From a virus: a stretch of 40,139 nucleotides of DNA. The stretch lies in the UHGV virus genome UHGV-0205097. The stretch is one strand, 5' to 3'. A program made the translations under genes and the position numbers. Shown here piece after piece: positions 1 through 9,654 of this stretch (positions are counted from its first letter, which is position 1; every line of letters starts with the position of its first letter). The notes beneath the pieces were generated by a model. The model did no database searches, had not been told where the DNA came from, and saw only the letters and a program-made list of their open reading frames with translations.

Positions 1-272
1 ATTATGCGCACCCATCCTTCGCTAACTTACCAACGCACCGCGAGTTTAAGGGAAGCGCTCCATTTGTTTGTTCAAGCCAACCCGCTAACGCGAACCGCGC
101 GAATAAAGAACGCGAGGAACCCCCTACCCCTGCGCTGCGCGAGCTTCCTATTTGTCGCAAGTCAGGCGGTCGACAAGGGCGACGACAGAAGCGTAGCTAT
201 CGCCGCGGTTGATCGCTTCCAGAACGCGTTTATCGAAGAGCCAAGTAAGAAGACGTCGAATAAATTTCATCA

Positions 273-716
273 TTAGGAATCCTCCTTGTTTTGGAGGATT
301 CTCGGAGACTGGTGTATAAATGTTTCGTAATTAAGAGTCCTGGGTTGTGTAGTTTTAGGGTCGATTGAAATGAATACGATATGAGTTACGGTAGTATAAA
401 CTATTTCATATATCGTAGTATCGTTTCTCAGGGTAAACTTTGTACCTACTGTAAAATCATCCATAGATTTATTTACAGGTACAATTGTTTTTACAGATTC
501 GTTAATTTCATCCCAGTTGTAATCATCCAGGTTGATACCTTTTCTTTCGATTATCTTTTCTACAGCTTCGTAATTAAATTCCGAAATATCGTAGGGTTTA
601 CCTTCGATAGGTAATTTACTTGTTTTAAGTACATACTGGTAACACATTTTCGTTTCGTCACAGATTCTTTTCAATGACAGTTTAGGGTAGTTTTTCATCA
701 GTTCGTTAAGTTTCAT
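273..716 (-). CDS. Hypothetical HTH-like + beta-rich domain protein, paralog of 36087..36590
   Basis: 147-aa ORF with RBS (GAAAGGAT) and an upstream TATAAT. Aligns by eye with 36087..36590 (SLKRICDE..KLPIEGKPYD..NYEAVEKIIERK vs TLKAIADI..KQPIAGEVYD..NWNAITKFIEKR). Confidence 0.75.
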   Translation of the reverse strand: MKLNELMKNYPKLSLKRICDETKMCYQYVLKTSKLPIEGKPYDISEFNYEAVEKIIERKGINLDDYNWDEINESVKTIVPVNKSMDDFTVGTKFTLRNDTTIYEIVYTTVTHIVFISIDPKTTQPRTLNYETFIHQSPRILQNKEDS

Positions 717-984
717 TTTAATATCCTTTCGTTACGTGAGTTTTTATTTACAAGTTTTCTTTCTTGTTATTTTCTGATTATATTATAATATATTTCATTA
801 AAAATTCCACCCGGTAAATTAACTAAAAATAAAATTGTTTTTTAGTCATTATCACCCCTTGGTAATATTTACCACTATACCCCTTTAATCGAGGAAAGCG
901 CGAGGGACCAAACCAGACAACTTTTTAGTTTGAGTTAATAATAAAAGACTTCAATTTTTCAACTAATCGCATCACCTCTCATCT

Positions 985-1002
985 CACACACACACACACA
1001 CA
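985..1002. repeat. (CA)9 dinucleotide tract
   Basis: cacacacacacacacaca read directly. Confidence 0.9.
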
Positions 1003-1510
1003 ATTATAAATGGCGGACCATATATTCGAATTCCTTCTCGACCTTCTCATAGAGTATCACTTCACGAGTCGTTAAAGTTCCACCATCAATACTCCGTGCT
1101 GTCTCTCCGCTGCCTACGCCACACCCATCGGCGCCTACGCCTCCGCAGCTCCCACTACCACCGCTGAAAAATAAATCGACAACTTGGGCATTTTCACCTT
1201 TGAAAGTACCTATCTCTGCCCCACCCCCCAATAACCCGCGGCGAGAGGATGTGGTCAAGCCCGCCGCGTCGCCTATCATCAATATACGACAATTAGTATT
1301 ATCTTTTTCGAGAACGCGTTCGACGCAGCGCGAAAGAAACCACTCGCCGGAACCTTTTTCGTAACAAGCCGAAGGCTTTATCTCTCCTCTAAAATATGCT
1401 TTACATAAATATCTACCTATATACATTTTATCCTCCAACGCGCGCATGCGTGCATTTTATTCATGATGGTACCAAAAAGGCAAACAAAGAAACTTTTGGT
1501 GTTAGTTTCC

Positions 1511-1539
1511 TTGATTTTTCTTCCTATTTATATTATAAT
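1511..1539 (+). promoter_or_regulatory. Sigma-70-type promoter for the packaging/structural operon
   Basis: TTGATT (1511-1516), 17-bp spacer, TATAAT (1534-1539), upstream of the terminase genes. Confidence 0.7.
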
Positions 1540-1609
1540 ATAATTAGAGAGAGAAGTCACGTAGACTACTCGAAAATTCCAAAAAATTTTATCGAAGGGA
1601 GGGTACTAT

Positions 1610-2107
1610 ATGACTTGCAGTATATGCAATCATCCCAGAAGAGCTGATATAGAAAAAGCGTGTTTACTCCGTAGTTATGGTTCTACCGATGTTACGTTGA
1701 AGGATATCGCAAAAGAATATGATGTAGATTTGAAAGATTTGCAGGTGCATGTACTTATGCATATCCCCCTGGAGGAAGCAACTACAGATGATTTGACCGC
1801 GACGAATTCCATTGCGGGTAAAATAAAATTACGCGAAGCCGATATTCTCCGTCAAGTTATGGAGGATAGTTACGTAACGTTCAAAAATTTGAGCGATAAA
1901 ATAAATCGTATCGTGGCAACGCATTCTGCAGATAATCCTACGTTTGTGCAAATAACAAAACCTGTTACTGATTTGTATTTGGGCACGAGTCAGTCAATTA
2001 GGGACACAGCTGATAAGCTTATGAAGATGGATCTTATGATGAATGGAGAGAAGGACAAGGGTATTGAACAGGTAGCGGCTCTTGTTTCTGCAATTCGTGG
2101 CAGTTGA
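1610..2107 (+). CDS. Terminase small subunit (putative)
   Basis: N-terminal CxxCxHP plus HTH-like 'TLKDIAKEYDV'; GGGAGG RBS; overlaps the start of TerL. Confidence 0.7.
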   Translation: MTCSICNHPRRADIEKACLLRSYGSTDVTLKDIAKEYDVDLKDLQVHVLMHIPLEEATTDDLTATNSIAGKIKLREADILRQVMEDSYVTFKNLSDKINRIVATHSADNPTFVQITKPVTDLYLGTSQSIRDTADKLMKMDLMMNGEKDKGIEQVAALVSAIRGS

Positions 2108-3362
2108 TTGGAAACCTTTTAGCCCAAAACAGCTGGATTTTATAAGACATAGCGATGCCAAATTAAATATCGCCGATGGTGCAGTACGAAGTGGAAAAAC
2201 AATTGCATGTACAGTGCGCTGGATTGATTACATTTTAACTGGACCTAAAGGCGATTTGTGTATGATGGGCAAGTCCATGGGTGCGTTAAAAAGAAATGTA
2301 CTTAATGACTTGTTTGATATAATCGGGAGCAAGCACATTCGATGGATTGATCGTCAGCAGGGTGAATTAGAAGCCTACGAACGACGTATTTATGCATTTG
2401 GTGCGGCTAACGAGGAAGCAGAGAGTAAAATCAGAGGTGCAACCTTTGCAGGGGCTTACTGCGATGAAGCGAATTTGTATCCTGAATCTGTTTGGATGCA
2501 GTTACAGGCTCGACTTTCTATACCTGGTGCCAAATGTTTTGCTAACTGCAACCCCGATAGCCCGTATCACTGGTTTTATCAGAAAGTAATAATGGCTGAT
2601 GATATAGCATCTAAGAAGCGCTGGTCGTTCTTAATGGATGATAATCTGTCACTTTCAGATGAATACAAGTTGCAACTTGCATCTCAATACTCGGGAGTTT
2701 ACAAAAGACGTTTTATCGACGGAGAATGGTGCGTAGCGGAAGGATTGATTTACGATTCCTTTAATAAAGCTAAGCACGTTGTACATTATAATGACGATTA
2801 TATCATAAAACACGCAGTAAAATACTTTATAGGTTGCGACCAAGGCACCTCAACGACAACTTCATGGTCATTATTTGTTGAGTTAAACGACAAACCTTTA
2901 CATATTCATAAAATTGCTGAATATTATTATGACGCGATTAAGAACCGGAGGCAGAAATCAGATGAAGATTTTGTGCAAGATTTTCAAACTTTTTGTAACA
3001 GGTATTATGATATGGCGAAGTTACGCGGTGGTTATTGGATGGTATACGTCGACCCTGCTGCTTCATCGTGGGATGCCGCTTTAACAAAACATCAAATAAA
3101 GCATCAACACGCTGACAATGATGTCAAATATGGTATAGCAACTGTGTCAAGTTTGTTATCCAGAGATAATTACACAATGGACCCTTCATGTGTCAATACA
3201 ATAGAAGAGTACGAAACCTATAGCTGGGATGCAAATGCACAGATTTTGGGTATTGATAAGCCAGTTAAAAAACATGACCATGCTTGTGACTCTGATAGAT
3301 ATGGTATACATACATACTTGAAGGGTAGATTGTCAGGTATTTATAGAATGAGGAGAACATAA
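2097..3362 (+). CDS. terL: Terminase large subunit (PBSX-like)
   Basis: Walker A GAVRSGKT, Walker B YCDEA, NCNPDSPYHWF coupling motif, nuclease GCDQG, VDPAA and DHACDSDRY. Start is either GTG 2097 or TTG 2082. Confidence 0.95.
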   Translation: MAVDWKPFSPKQLDFIRHSDAKLNIADGAVRSGKTIACTVRWIDYILTGPKGDLCMMGKSMGALKRNVLNDLFDIIGSKHIRWIDRQQGELEAYERRIYAFGAANEEAESKIRGATFAGAYCDEANLYPESVWMQLQARLSIPGAKCFANCNPDSPYHWFYQKVIMADDIASKKRWSFLMDDNLSLSDEYKLQLASQYSGVYKRRFIDGEWCVAEGLIYDSFNKAKHVVHYNDDYIIKHAVKYFIGCDQGTSTTTSWSLFVELNDKPLHIHKIAEYYYDAIKNRRQKSDEDFVQDFQTFCNRYYDMAKLRGGYWMVYVDPAASSWDAALTKHQIKHQHADNDVKYGIATVSSLLSRDNYTMDPSCVNTIEEYETYSWDANAQILGIDKPVKKHDHACDSDRYGIHTYLKGRLSGIYRMRRT

Positions 3363-3363
3363 A

Positions 3364-4878
3364 ATGTTGTACGACCTTAGTTGGTTAAATGATGGTGAAC
3401 AGTTTCCTCCAGAAACAGAAGTAAATCGAATAAATGCATACGATAGATACGCTAAATTGTTTGATATTGCGCCTTTTGAAGAGTTTGAAGAGATTGCAGA
3501 TCGACTTATAGTAAACTTTGATGCATATTTTGATATTCCGCTTTTGTTAGGATTCCAGAGACTTTCCACTATTAAGTTATCAGATATGGTAATAGGTGCT
3601 CCGCCTTCTATTACAGTAAATGATAATGATTCTATGACTGATGTAATATCAGACATAAGAGACCAGACAGATTTCGATAGTAAACTTTACCTTGCACTTA
3701 TTGATTACTCACGTTATGGTGTTGCAGTATTTAGACTTTTTAATGACGATGAAGTCGTCGAGGACAGAGGTAATTTTGCAGTTTGGAATCCTTGTGAATG
3801 GTTTCCAATACTTAAAAAAGATGGCACCAAGAGAATTGACAAGCACGTAATAGCCTGGAGAGTCAATATGGGTTCGGATTTGAATCCTGATTGGTATCTC
3901 AAAGTCCAGATACATCCTGTAATAGGTGGCAGTTATGAATCACGTGAATACCAGATGGACCCGTCAGGTCAATATGTGTCAAAACTTATAAGTCATAAAA
4001 TAACAAGTACAGGCGATATGCCTTGTCTTGTTCAGCATATATCTAATTTGCCTTCTACAACAAATGTATATGGCACATCAGATTATAAAATTATGAACGA
4101 ACTTGTCTTCAAAGCAACAGAGCGTATGAGACAAATTCTTCATATACTTGATAAACATGCTGATCCTTCAATGACAGGACCTGCAACAATGCTTCAAACA
4201 AATCCTAATACGGGTGAACTTGAATTTAAGACGTCGCAGTTTTACGCTGTGTCGCCTGGTGAGGAACATCCGGAATACATGACGTGGGACGGACAACTTG
4301 AGGCTGCTTTCAAAGCACTTGAACAGTTGCTAAATCTTATTTATGTTATGTCGGAAATGGGCGAAGCTATGATGGGTAAAACAGATGGTACTGGTCAAGC
4401 TATTTCAGGAACTGCTATGAGATATAAGATGGTCGCTCCGCTTGAAAAAGCAAGACGAGTTTCCAATTCTTTTACTTTACCGCTTAAAAAACTTATGGCT
4501 ACGCTTGCACAAATAAGTACAGGTAAAGTAATGAGATATCAGGACATCAATGTAATATGGGAAGATAGCTTGCCGAAAGATCCTCGTGAGATCGCTGAGC
4601 TTACAAGACTTCAGACAGGTGCACCGCAGATACTTCCTCTTAGACACGCTCTTATGGAGAACTATGATATGGATTCTGCTGACGCAACCCATTATATTGA
4701 CGAAATAAAGGCTGACCAGGAAATGTGGGGTGAACTTTCTGCTAAAGAAAGTGAACCACGTCCTGGTGAAGCTGGTAATCCTAGCGCACCTCCGAATCCT
4801 AACAAAAAGGGTTCAGAGAAAACACCACACAAAACAGGGACGGCAAGTTCGGAAAATCAGCGCGAGGACATCCGTTAA
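3364..4878 (+). CDS. Portal protein (SPP1 gp6-like)
   Basis: 504 aa directly after TerL; GxSDY, SGTAMRYK and 'INVIWEDSLPKD' portal-like motifs. Confidence 0.88.
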   Translation: MLYDLSWLNDGEQFPPETEVNRINAYDRYAKLFDIAPFEEFEEIADRLIVNFDAYFDIPLLLGFQRLSTIKLSDMVIGAPPSITVNDNDSMTDVISDIRDQTDFDSKLYLALIDYSRYGVAVFRLFNDDEVVEDRGNFAVWNPCEWFPILKKDGTKRIDKHVIAWRVNMGSDLNPDWYLKVQIHPVIGGSYESREYQMDPSGQYVSKLISHKITSTGDMPCLVQHISNLPSTTNVYGTSDYKIMNELVFKATERMRQILHILDKHADPSMTGPATMLQTNPNTGELEFKTSQFYAVSPGEEHPEYMTWDGQLEAAFKALEQLLNLIYVMSEMGEAMMGKTDGTGQAISGTAMRYKMVAPLEKARRVSNSFTLPLKKLMATLAQISTGKVMRYQDINVIWEDSLPKDPREIAELTRLQTGAPQILPLRHALMENYDMDSADATHYIDEIKADQEMWGELSAKESEPRPGEAGNPSAPPNPNKKGSEKTPHKTGTASSENQREDIR

Positions 4879-4981
4879 ATTAGCCCAGCCCCCACTTACC
4901 ATTTGGTCAAGTCTGCGCGCAGCGCAGAACTGATATATAATCTAAGGCGTAGCACAGCCGTCAATGTGCGGAGGAGTAATT

Positions 4982-5566
4982 ATGAGAACTTTTTTGTCTA
5001 AGTACATGAGTGCCGAGGCACTTGATGAACTTGAAAATGCTTACAAGAATGCTAATGCAGGAGCAACAGGCTTGCCTGTATACATTCCTAAATCACGTTT
5101 TGATGAAGAAAATACAAAACGTAAAAATGCAGAACAGCTTGTAGCAGGATTCGAAGAAGACAAGAAAAAAGCTGTAAAAGAAGCTGTTGAGAAGTACAAA
5201 GATATACCCGAAGATTGGAAACAACAGCTTGATAATGCTACTAATGCGCTTGCTACACAGAAGGCGGATTATGAAGCAAAACTTACAGCAGCAAATCAGG
5301 AAGCCGACGTAACGGCGAAAATTTACGGAGCAGGCGGTAAGAATGTTAAAGCTATAAGAGCACTGATTGACCTTAATCAGGAAGCTACTGTAGATGAACA
5401 GCTTACAGCACTCAAAGAATCGGATTCTTACCTGTTTAGCAAAACCAGCGGCTTTAAGAAGGGCACTGATAAAGACGATGATGGCGGTAAACAGAAAGAA
5501 GACGGTGCGCTTTCACAGGCTGCTATGTATAGAGCAGTCGGCATTACACCTCCGATGGAGGACTAA
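4982..5566 (+). CDS. Capsid scaffolding protein (Gp20-like)
   Basis: YIPKSRFDE motif, coiled coil, GGKNVKAIRALID and LKESDSYLF motifs; GGAGGAG RBS before ATG 4982. Confidence 0.85.
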   Translation: MRTFLSKYMSAEALDELENAYKNANAGATGLPVYIPKSRFDEENTKRKNAEQLVAGFEEDKKKAVKEAVEKYKDIPEDWKQQLDNATNALATQKADYEAKLTAANQEADVTAKIYGAGGKNVKAIRALIDLNQEATVDEQLTALKESDSYLFSKTSGFKKGTDKDDDGGKQKEDGALSQAAMYRAVGITPPMED

Positions 5567-5595
5567 AAATTTAATTAAAAGGAGAAAAGAAAAAC

Positions 5596-6828
5596 ATGCC
5601 TAACATGATCGAACTTGTTAACAAGTATCTGCCTGTACTCGACGCACAGTATAGACAGGAAGCACGTTCTGCAATTCTTGACGTACGTCCGGAATTTGTA
5701 CAGATGACACGTGACGCAAAGAAAGTAAAAATTGCTAAAATGAGAGTCGACGGCCTTGCTGATTATAGTCGTGCAAATGGCTTTACAGCTGGCTATGCTG
5801 ACCTTACATGGGAAGAGCACGAATTCACTCAGGACAGAGGTCGTGCAATTCAGATCGACGATATGGACAACGAAGAAACCTTCGGTATGGCTTTTGGCCG
5901 TCTTGCAGGTGAATTCCAGAGACTCCATGTAATCCCTGAAATCGATGCTTACAGATTTGCAAAATATTATCAGAAAGCAGCAACTCATCTCGAGTTCACT
6001 GTATCTTCTGGCGCTATTCTTAATCTCGTAGATGATTTTGATTCGCAGATGGACGACGACGAAGTACCTGAAGATGGTAGAATTCTTTTCGTTGCACCTT
6101 CTGTGTTCAAGCTTATGGTCAACGATCCGGCGCTTGAAAAATATATCTCTGTTGAAGGCGGCGAAGACAAGACCGTTAATAAGAGATTCTACTATTACAA
6201 CGGACATCCTATTATAAAGGTTCCTGCAGGTCGTTTCTATACAGAAATCGAACTTCTTGACGGTAAGACACAGGGCGAAGAAGTTGGTGGCTATAAAGCC
6301 GCTACGGGTGCAAAAGCAATCGGTATGCTTATGGTATCCAGAGAAGCCGTTATTCAGCTCGCTAAGCGTAGAATCGCAAGAGTATGGGCTCCTACAAGAG
6401 CACAGGCTGCTGGCACGGATGGCGTTAACCCTGATGCTGATGCTTGGAAATTCGACTATCGCGTATATCACGATGCTTGGGTTCTTGATGAAAAGACAAA
6501 GGGCATCGCAGGTGCAACGATCATCAATCACACTGTTACAAGTGTTGAAATTTATTCCGAAGATCAGAACGTAACAATCGAGTCCAATGCTGCTACTGTA
6601 AGCATGGCAACTGTACCGGATGGCTTCCAGCTCCGCGCACAGGTAACATTTACAGGCGGCGCTTCTACAGCAGTTAAGTGGTCCGATGGCGAAGGTCACG
6701 GTACTGTAGGTACAATCGACAGTAACGGCAATGTAACGCTCACAGGTACAGGTACATACAAAGTAACAGCAACTTCTGTATGGGATCCTTCGGTATCTGA
6801 TACTGTTACATTTACAGTAAACGCATAA
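5596..6828 (+). CDS. Major capsid protein with C-terminal Ig-like (Big2-type) domain
   Basis: GLADYSR, DRGR..IDDMDNEET, VIPEIDAYRFAK and YRVYHDAWV are typical Bacillota-phage MCP motifs. The last ~95 aa (VKWS..GTIDSNGNVT..GTYKVTATS) are Ig-like. Confidence 0.92.
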   Translation: MPNMIELVNKYLPVLDAQYRQEARSAILDVRPEFVQMTRDAKKVKIAKMRVDGLADYSRANGFTAGYADLTWEEHEFTQDRGRAIQIDDMDNEETFGMAFGRLAGEFQRLHVIPEIDAYRFAKYYQKAATHLEFTVSSGAILNLVDDFDSQMDDDEVPEDGRILFVAPSVFKLMVNDPALEKYISVEGGEDKTVNKRFYYYNGHPIIKVPAGRFYTEIELLDGKTQGEEVGGYKAATGAKAIGMLMVSREAVIQLAKRRIARVWAPTRAQAAGTDGVNPDADAWKFDYRVYHDAWVLDEKTKGIAGATIINHTVTSVEIYSEDQNVTIESNAATVSMATVPDGFQLRAQVTFTGGASTAVKWSDGEGHGTVGTIDSNGNVTLTGTGTYKVTATSVWDPSVSDTVTFTVNA

Positions 6829-6857
6829 TTAAGATACATTGAGTCGGAGGGTTAGCA

Positions 6858-7382
6858 ATGGCACTTATAGTAGGTGTAGATACATATATAACAATGCAAG
6901 AAGCGAATGAATATGTTAAGAAGTACTACTCGTCCACTGACCCTCTTCGTATTCAATGGGAAGCTATGAGCGAGGACGACCAAGAGATATTCTTGCGCAA
7001 GTCTTTCGTGCAAATCAATAGCTTACCTTATGTAGGTAAACCTCGCTCGCCGAAACAGGTTAATCCTTTTCCGCGAGTAGGGGATTTTACCGAACAGGAT
7101 CTCCTCCATATTAAGTACGCCCAAGTCGAGCAAGCGTTAACGATACCAGATACAGTTGCTGCCCAAGAAACTGAAGATCAGTTACGTTTGCGCTTGCGAC
7201 GTGCGGGCGTAACTTCCTACAAAATAGGAGATCTGTCGGAAAGCTTCGTAGATGGACTACCAGTTGAGTCTAATGCAAACTTTTATGGTTTGACAGAAGC
7301 AGCTTATAAACATTTATCGAAGTGGTTACGAGGAGGTTATAGAGTATGTACCTCAATCAAAGAGCATTGTGGTCGCCTGTAA
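6858..7382 (+). CDS. Head-tail connector/adaptor (DnaT-like family)
   Basis: MALIVGVDTYIT..EANEY, FPR, AQVEQAL and GVTSYKIGDLSESF; position after MCP. Confidence 0.75.
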   Translation: MALIVGVDTYITMQEANEYVKKYYSSTDPLRIQWEAMSEDDQEIFLRKSFVQINSLPYVGKPRSPKQVNPFPRVGDFTEQDLLHIKYAQVEQALTIPDTVAAQETEDQLRLRLRRAGVTSYKIGDLSESFVDGLPVESNANFYGLTEAAYKHLSKWLRGGYRVCTSIKEHCGRL

Positions 7383-7627
7383 TCTCCCCTATAAATTCAT
7401 ATGGCGACATTGAAAATGGTCCTCCTAAAACTATTTCAGTTCGACGCCAAGAGCATGTCGAAGAAGTTAAATTATCCGACGGTACTGTTCATAATACAAA
7501 CTACATTTACTACACCTGTGAAGATGTTAAAGTAGATGATAGATTGGACGGATACCTGGTAGTAAGTTCTTACGACATGCGTTCCCTTGGCGGTAACAAA
7601 GTTTTAAGGAGACTTAAAACTATATGA
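7346..7627 (+). CDS. Head closure / stopper protein (putative)
   Basis: 93-aa beta-rich ORF with NSYGD and VKVDDRLDG; synteny. Confidence 0.6.
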   Translation: MYLNQRALWSPVISPINSYGDIENGPPKTISVRRQEHVEEVKLSDGTVHNTNYIYYTCEDVKVDDRLDGYLVVSSYDMRSLGGNKVLRRLKTI

Positions 7628-8013
7628 GACGTGATAGATTAAAAATCAATAACGCCATTGGATTAAAGGAGATAAAGGAAGACCTCAGAGAGGTACTTCG
7701 CGATCATCATACGCAAGCCAAAGAGGAACTCAGTATAGCGCGTGACGAAATCGAAGCAAGCGCAACTTCATTAGTACCTATTGAATCAGGATTACTTCAG
7801 TCAAGTATTCAGGTAACTGTTTCTAAATCGTCAAGATATCCTGGTATCATAGCAACTGCATCGGCTAAAAATTTTAGAACAGGTTACGATTACGCGTTTA
7901 TACAAGAAGTGAATGAAGCGTATAAGCACGATGATGGTCGTCAAGCACATTATCTTGAACAACCGTTTAGAGAAGCGGTTGATAAATTTTTTGAAAGGAT
8001 GGGATGGAAATGA
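7624..8013 (+). CDS. HK97 gp10-like neck/tail completion protein
   Basis: LVPIESGLLQSS, DYAFIQE and QAHYLEQPF motifs. Confidence 0.75.
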   Translation: MRRDRLKINNAIGLKEIKEDLREVLRDHHTQAKEELSIARDEIEASATSLVPIESGLLQSSIQVTVSKSSRYPGIIATASAKNFRTGYDYAFIQEVNEAYKHDDGRQAHYLEQPFREAVDKFFERMGWK

Positions 8014-8381
8014 TAACGGAAACAATAAAATCATTACTTCCTGAATCGCTTCAAAAGATTACGTATATAGGTGAATTTCCAACTGATGTAGATGATTGCA
8101 TCGTCATAGCTGAAGCAAGCGGACCGCATGGTCAATATTTTGCGCAAGATATGATGAATACGCCTTATATAAAAATAGGTGTACGCAATAATAAATATCC
8201 AGATGGACATTCTCTTATAAATCAATGTAAAAAAGTTTTAACAGGATACGCTGATGCCTCTACGCTCGGCGTTGTTCTTATAAACGATATAATGTACTTT
8301 GGAAGAGATGATAAACGTCGAAATGTTTTTCAACTTACATTCAAAGTATTTTCATTTGTTAAACAGGAGGGTAAAATATGA
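8010..8381 (+). CDS. Tail terminator / minor capsid-family protein
   Basis: IKIGVRN..Y and YFGRDDKRRNVFQLTF motifs; precedes the tail tube gene. Start 8004 or 8010. Confidence 0.7.
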   Translation: MITETIKSLLPESLQKITYIGEFPTDVDDCIVIAEASGPHGQYFAQDMMNTPYIKIGVRNNKYPDGHSLINQCKKVLTGYADASTLGVVLINDIMYFGRDDKRRNVFQLTFKVFSFVKQEGKI

Positions 8382-9010
8382 TTACAGAAAGACCTTATAC
8401 TGGTTTGACCGCAGAAATAAAAGTAAACAACAGCGTGCTCGGATATATGTCCGGCGTTGATCTTACGCTTGAAAAGAGTATAATCGAGGTACTTCAGTTT
8501 GGTGCAAGATACCAGGAGAAAGTACCTGCAATTAAAAACTGGACAGCGAATGTAGATGGTACAGTTGCTTTTACATCTGGCGGTTCACAGCATAAACTTT
8601 ATCAGGCTTTCGAAAGTGATGAAGAGATTACAGTAGGAATATTCCTTGACGACAAGGTTTATTTCGAAGGTAAAGCCTTCGTCGAAAACCTTAACATAAC
8701 AGGTGCACCGGATGATAAGATGAATATATCTTGTGATCTTTCCGGTAACGGCGCAATTACGTTCACAATACCTGAAGTATATCTTGTTGATATACATAGT
8801 GGTGTTGGTGGAACAACTACGCCGGGCGGTTCTCAGAAGGTAGCTAAGGGTGAACAGGTAGAAATTACAATAACACCCGCTGCAGGTTATGCGCTTGATA
8901 AGCTTATGGATAACGCAGAAGATAAAACAACCAGCGTAACAAGTAATAAGTATACGCTTACAAACGTTACGGCAGACCACGAAATAGCTGTAACCTTTAA
9001 GGAGGGTTAA
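8378..9010 (+). CDS. Major tail (tube) protein with C-terminal Ig-like/B-repeat domain
   Basis: KNWTANVDG, YFEGKAFV and ISCDLSGNG tube motifs; C-terminal GGTTTPGGSQKV..ITPAAGY..YTLTNVTADHEIAVTF. Confidence 0.85.
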   Translation: MITERPYTGLTAEIKVNNSVLGYMSGVDLTLEKSIIEVLQFGARYQEKVPAIKNWTANVDGTVAFTSGGSQHKLYQAFESDEEITVGIFLDDKVYFEGKAFVENLNITGAPDDKMNISCDLSGNGAITFTIPEVYLVDIHSGVGGTTTPGGSQKVAKGEQVEITITPAAGYALDKLMDNAEDKTTSVTSNKYTLTNVTADHEIAVTFKEG

Positions 9011-9013
9011 TAA

Positions 9014-9385
9014 ATGGTACGCATAAAGGTAGGAAATCAGGAACTTGAACTTGCTGATACGCTTCGCGTAGTTTATTCTTTGAAAGACATAACGGGGGCA
9101 AAAAATATGCGTGATGCGCTTGCCTCTATTGCGCAGCTTGATCTCGACGGGCAGCTGGATCTTCTTTATGTTGCATATAAAGCACGTGCTGGTGCTAATG
9201 CAATGGATAAAGAAAATTTCGTTGGACTCGTTCTGGATAACCTCGGTGTCTTTGCAGTTACGAATGCTGTCGAAAAACTTGCCGATGGCCTTATGTATGC
9301 TGGTCTCTCGACCGAGGAGGTTGCAGAAAAAAAACTGAGGATGGAGGAAGCTGGGGCGACTTCTTCCGTTACGGATATAGATTAG
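9014..9385 (+). CDS. Tail assembly chaperone (gpG-like)
   Basis: Lies between the tail tube and tape measure genes; contains a slippery A-run at 9327-9334. Confidence 0.8.
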   Translation: MVRIKVGNQELELADTLRVVYSLKDITGAKNMRDALASIAQLDLDGQLDLLYVAYKARAGANAMDKENFVGLVLDNLGVFAVTNAVEKLADGLMYAGLSTEEVAEKKLRMEEAGATSSVTDID

Positions 9386-9654
9386 GATTTAAGCCTGACG
9401 AATTACTCGATTTAACGTTACTTCAATTTAATGCCTGTGCGATGGGGGCTATTGATAAGCAAAAAGATGCTTTAGCTTTAGCTATGCAGGGGGCCTATTA
9501 TACAGCATATTGGAATAACGCAAAGAGACCAAAATCTCTTGATCGAGTAATTCGCGACATCTATAAAGAGCCTCGAAAAGACGCTCCACTGGACGTCGAA
9601 AAATTTAAGAAACGTAAAAGGAGGTTTGAGCAACTTGGCGGATACCAACACTAA
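9014..9654 (+). CDS. Tail assembly chaperone gpGT-like fusion via -1 programmed frameshift
   Basis: Heptamer A AAA AAA at 9328-9334. The -1 frame is open from there (TEDGGSWGDFFRYGYRLGFKPDELLDLTLLQF..) to the stop at 9654, with the typical LG.KP.E..DLT motif. Confidence 0.8.

Noticed and set aside
4..276. 90-aa plus-strand ORF at the window start
   Set aside because: No RBS visible, atypical composition, no recognisable motif.
1004..1447. 147-aa minus-strand ORF
   Set aside because: Low-complexity Gly-rich translation of a GC-skewed block, no clear RBS; probably spurious.
5575..6699. 374-aa antisense ORF over the capsid gene, and other antisense ORFs in the track
   Set aside because: Shadow frames of well-supported genes, expected from codon bias.
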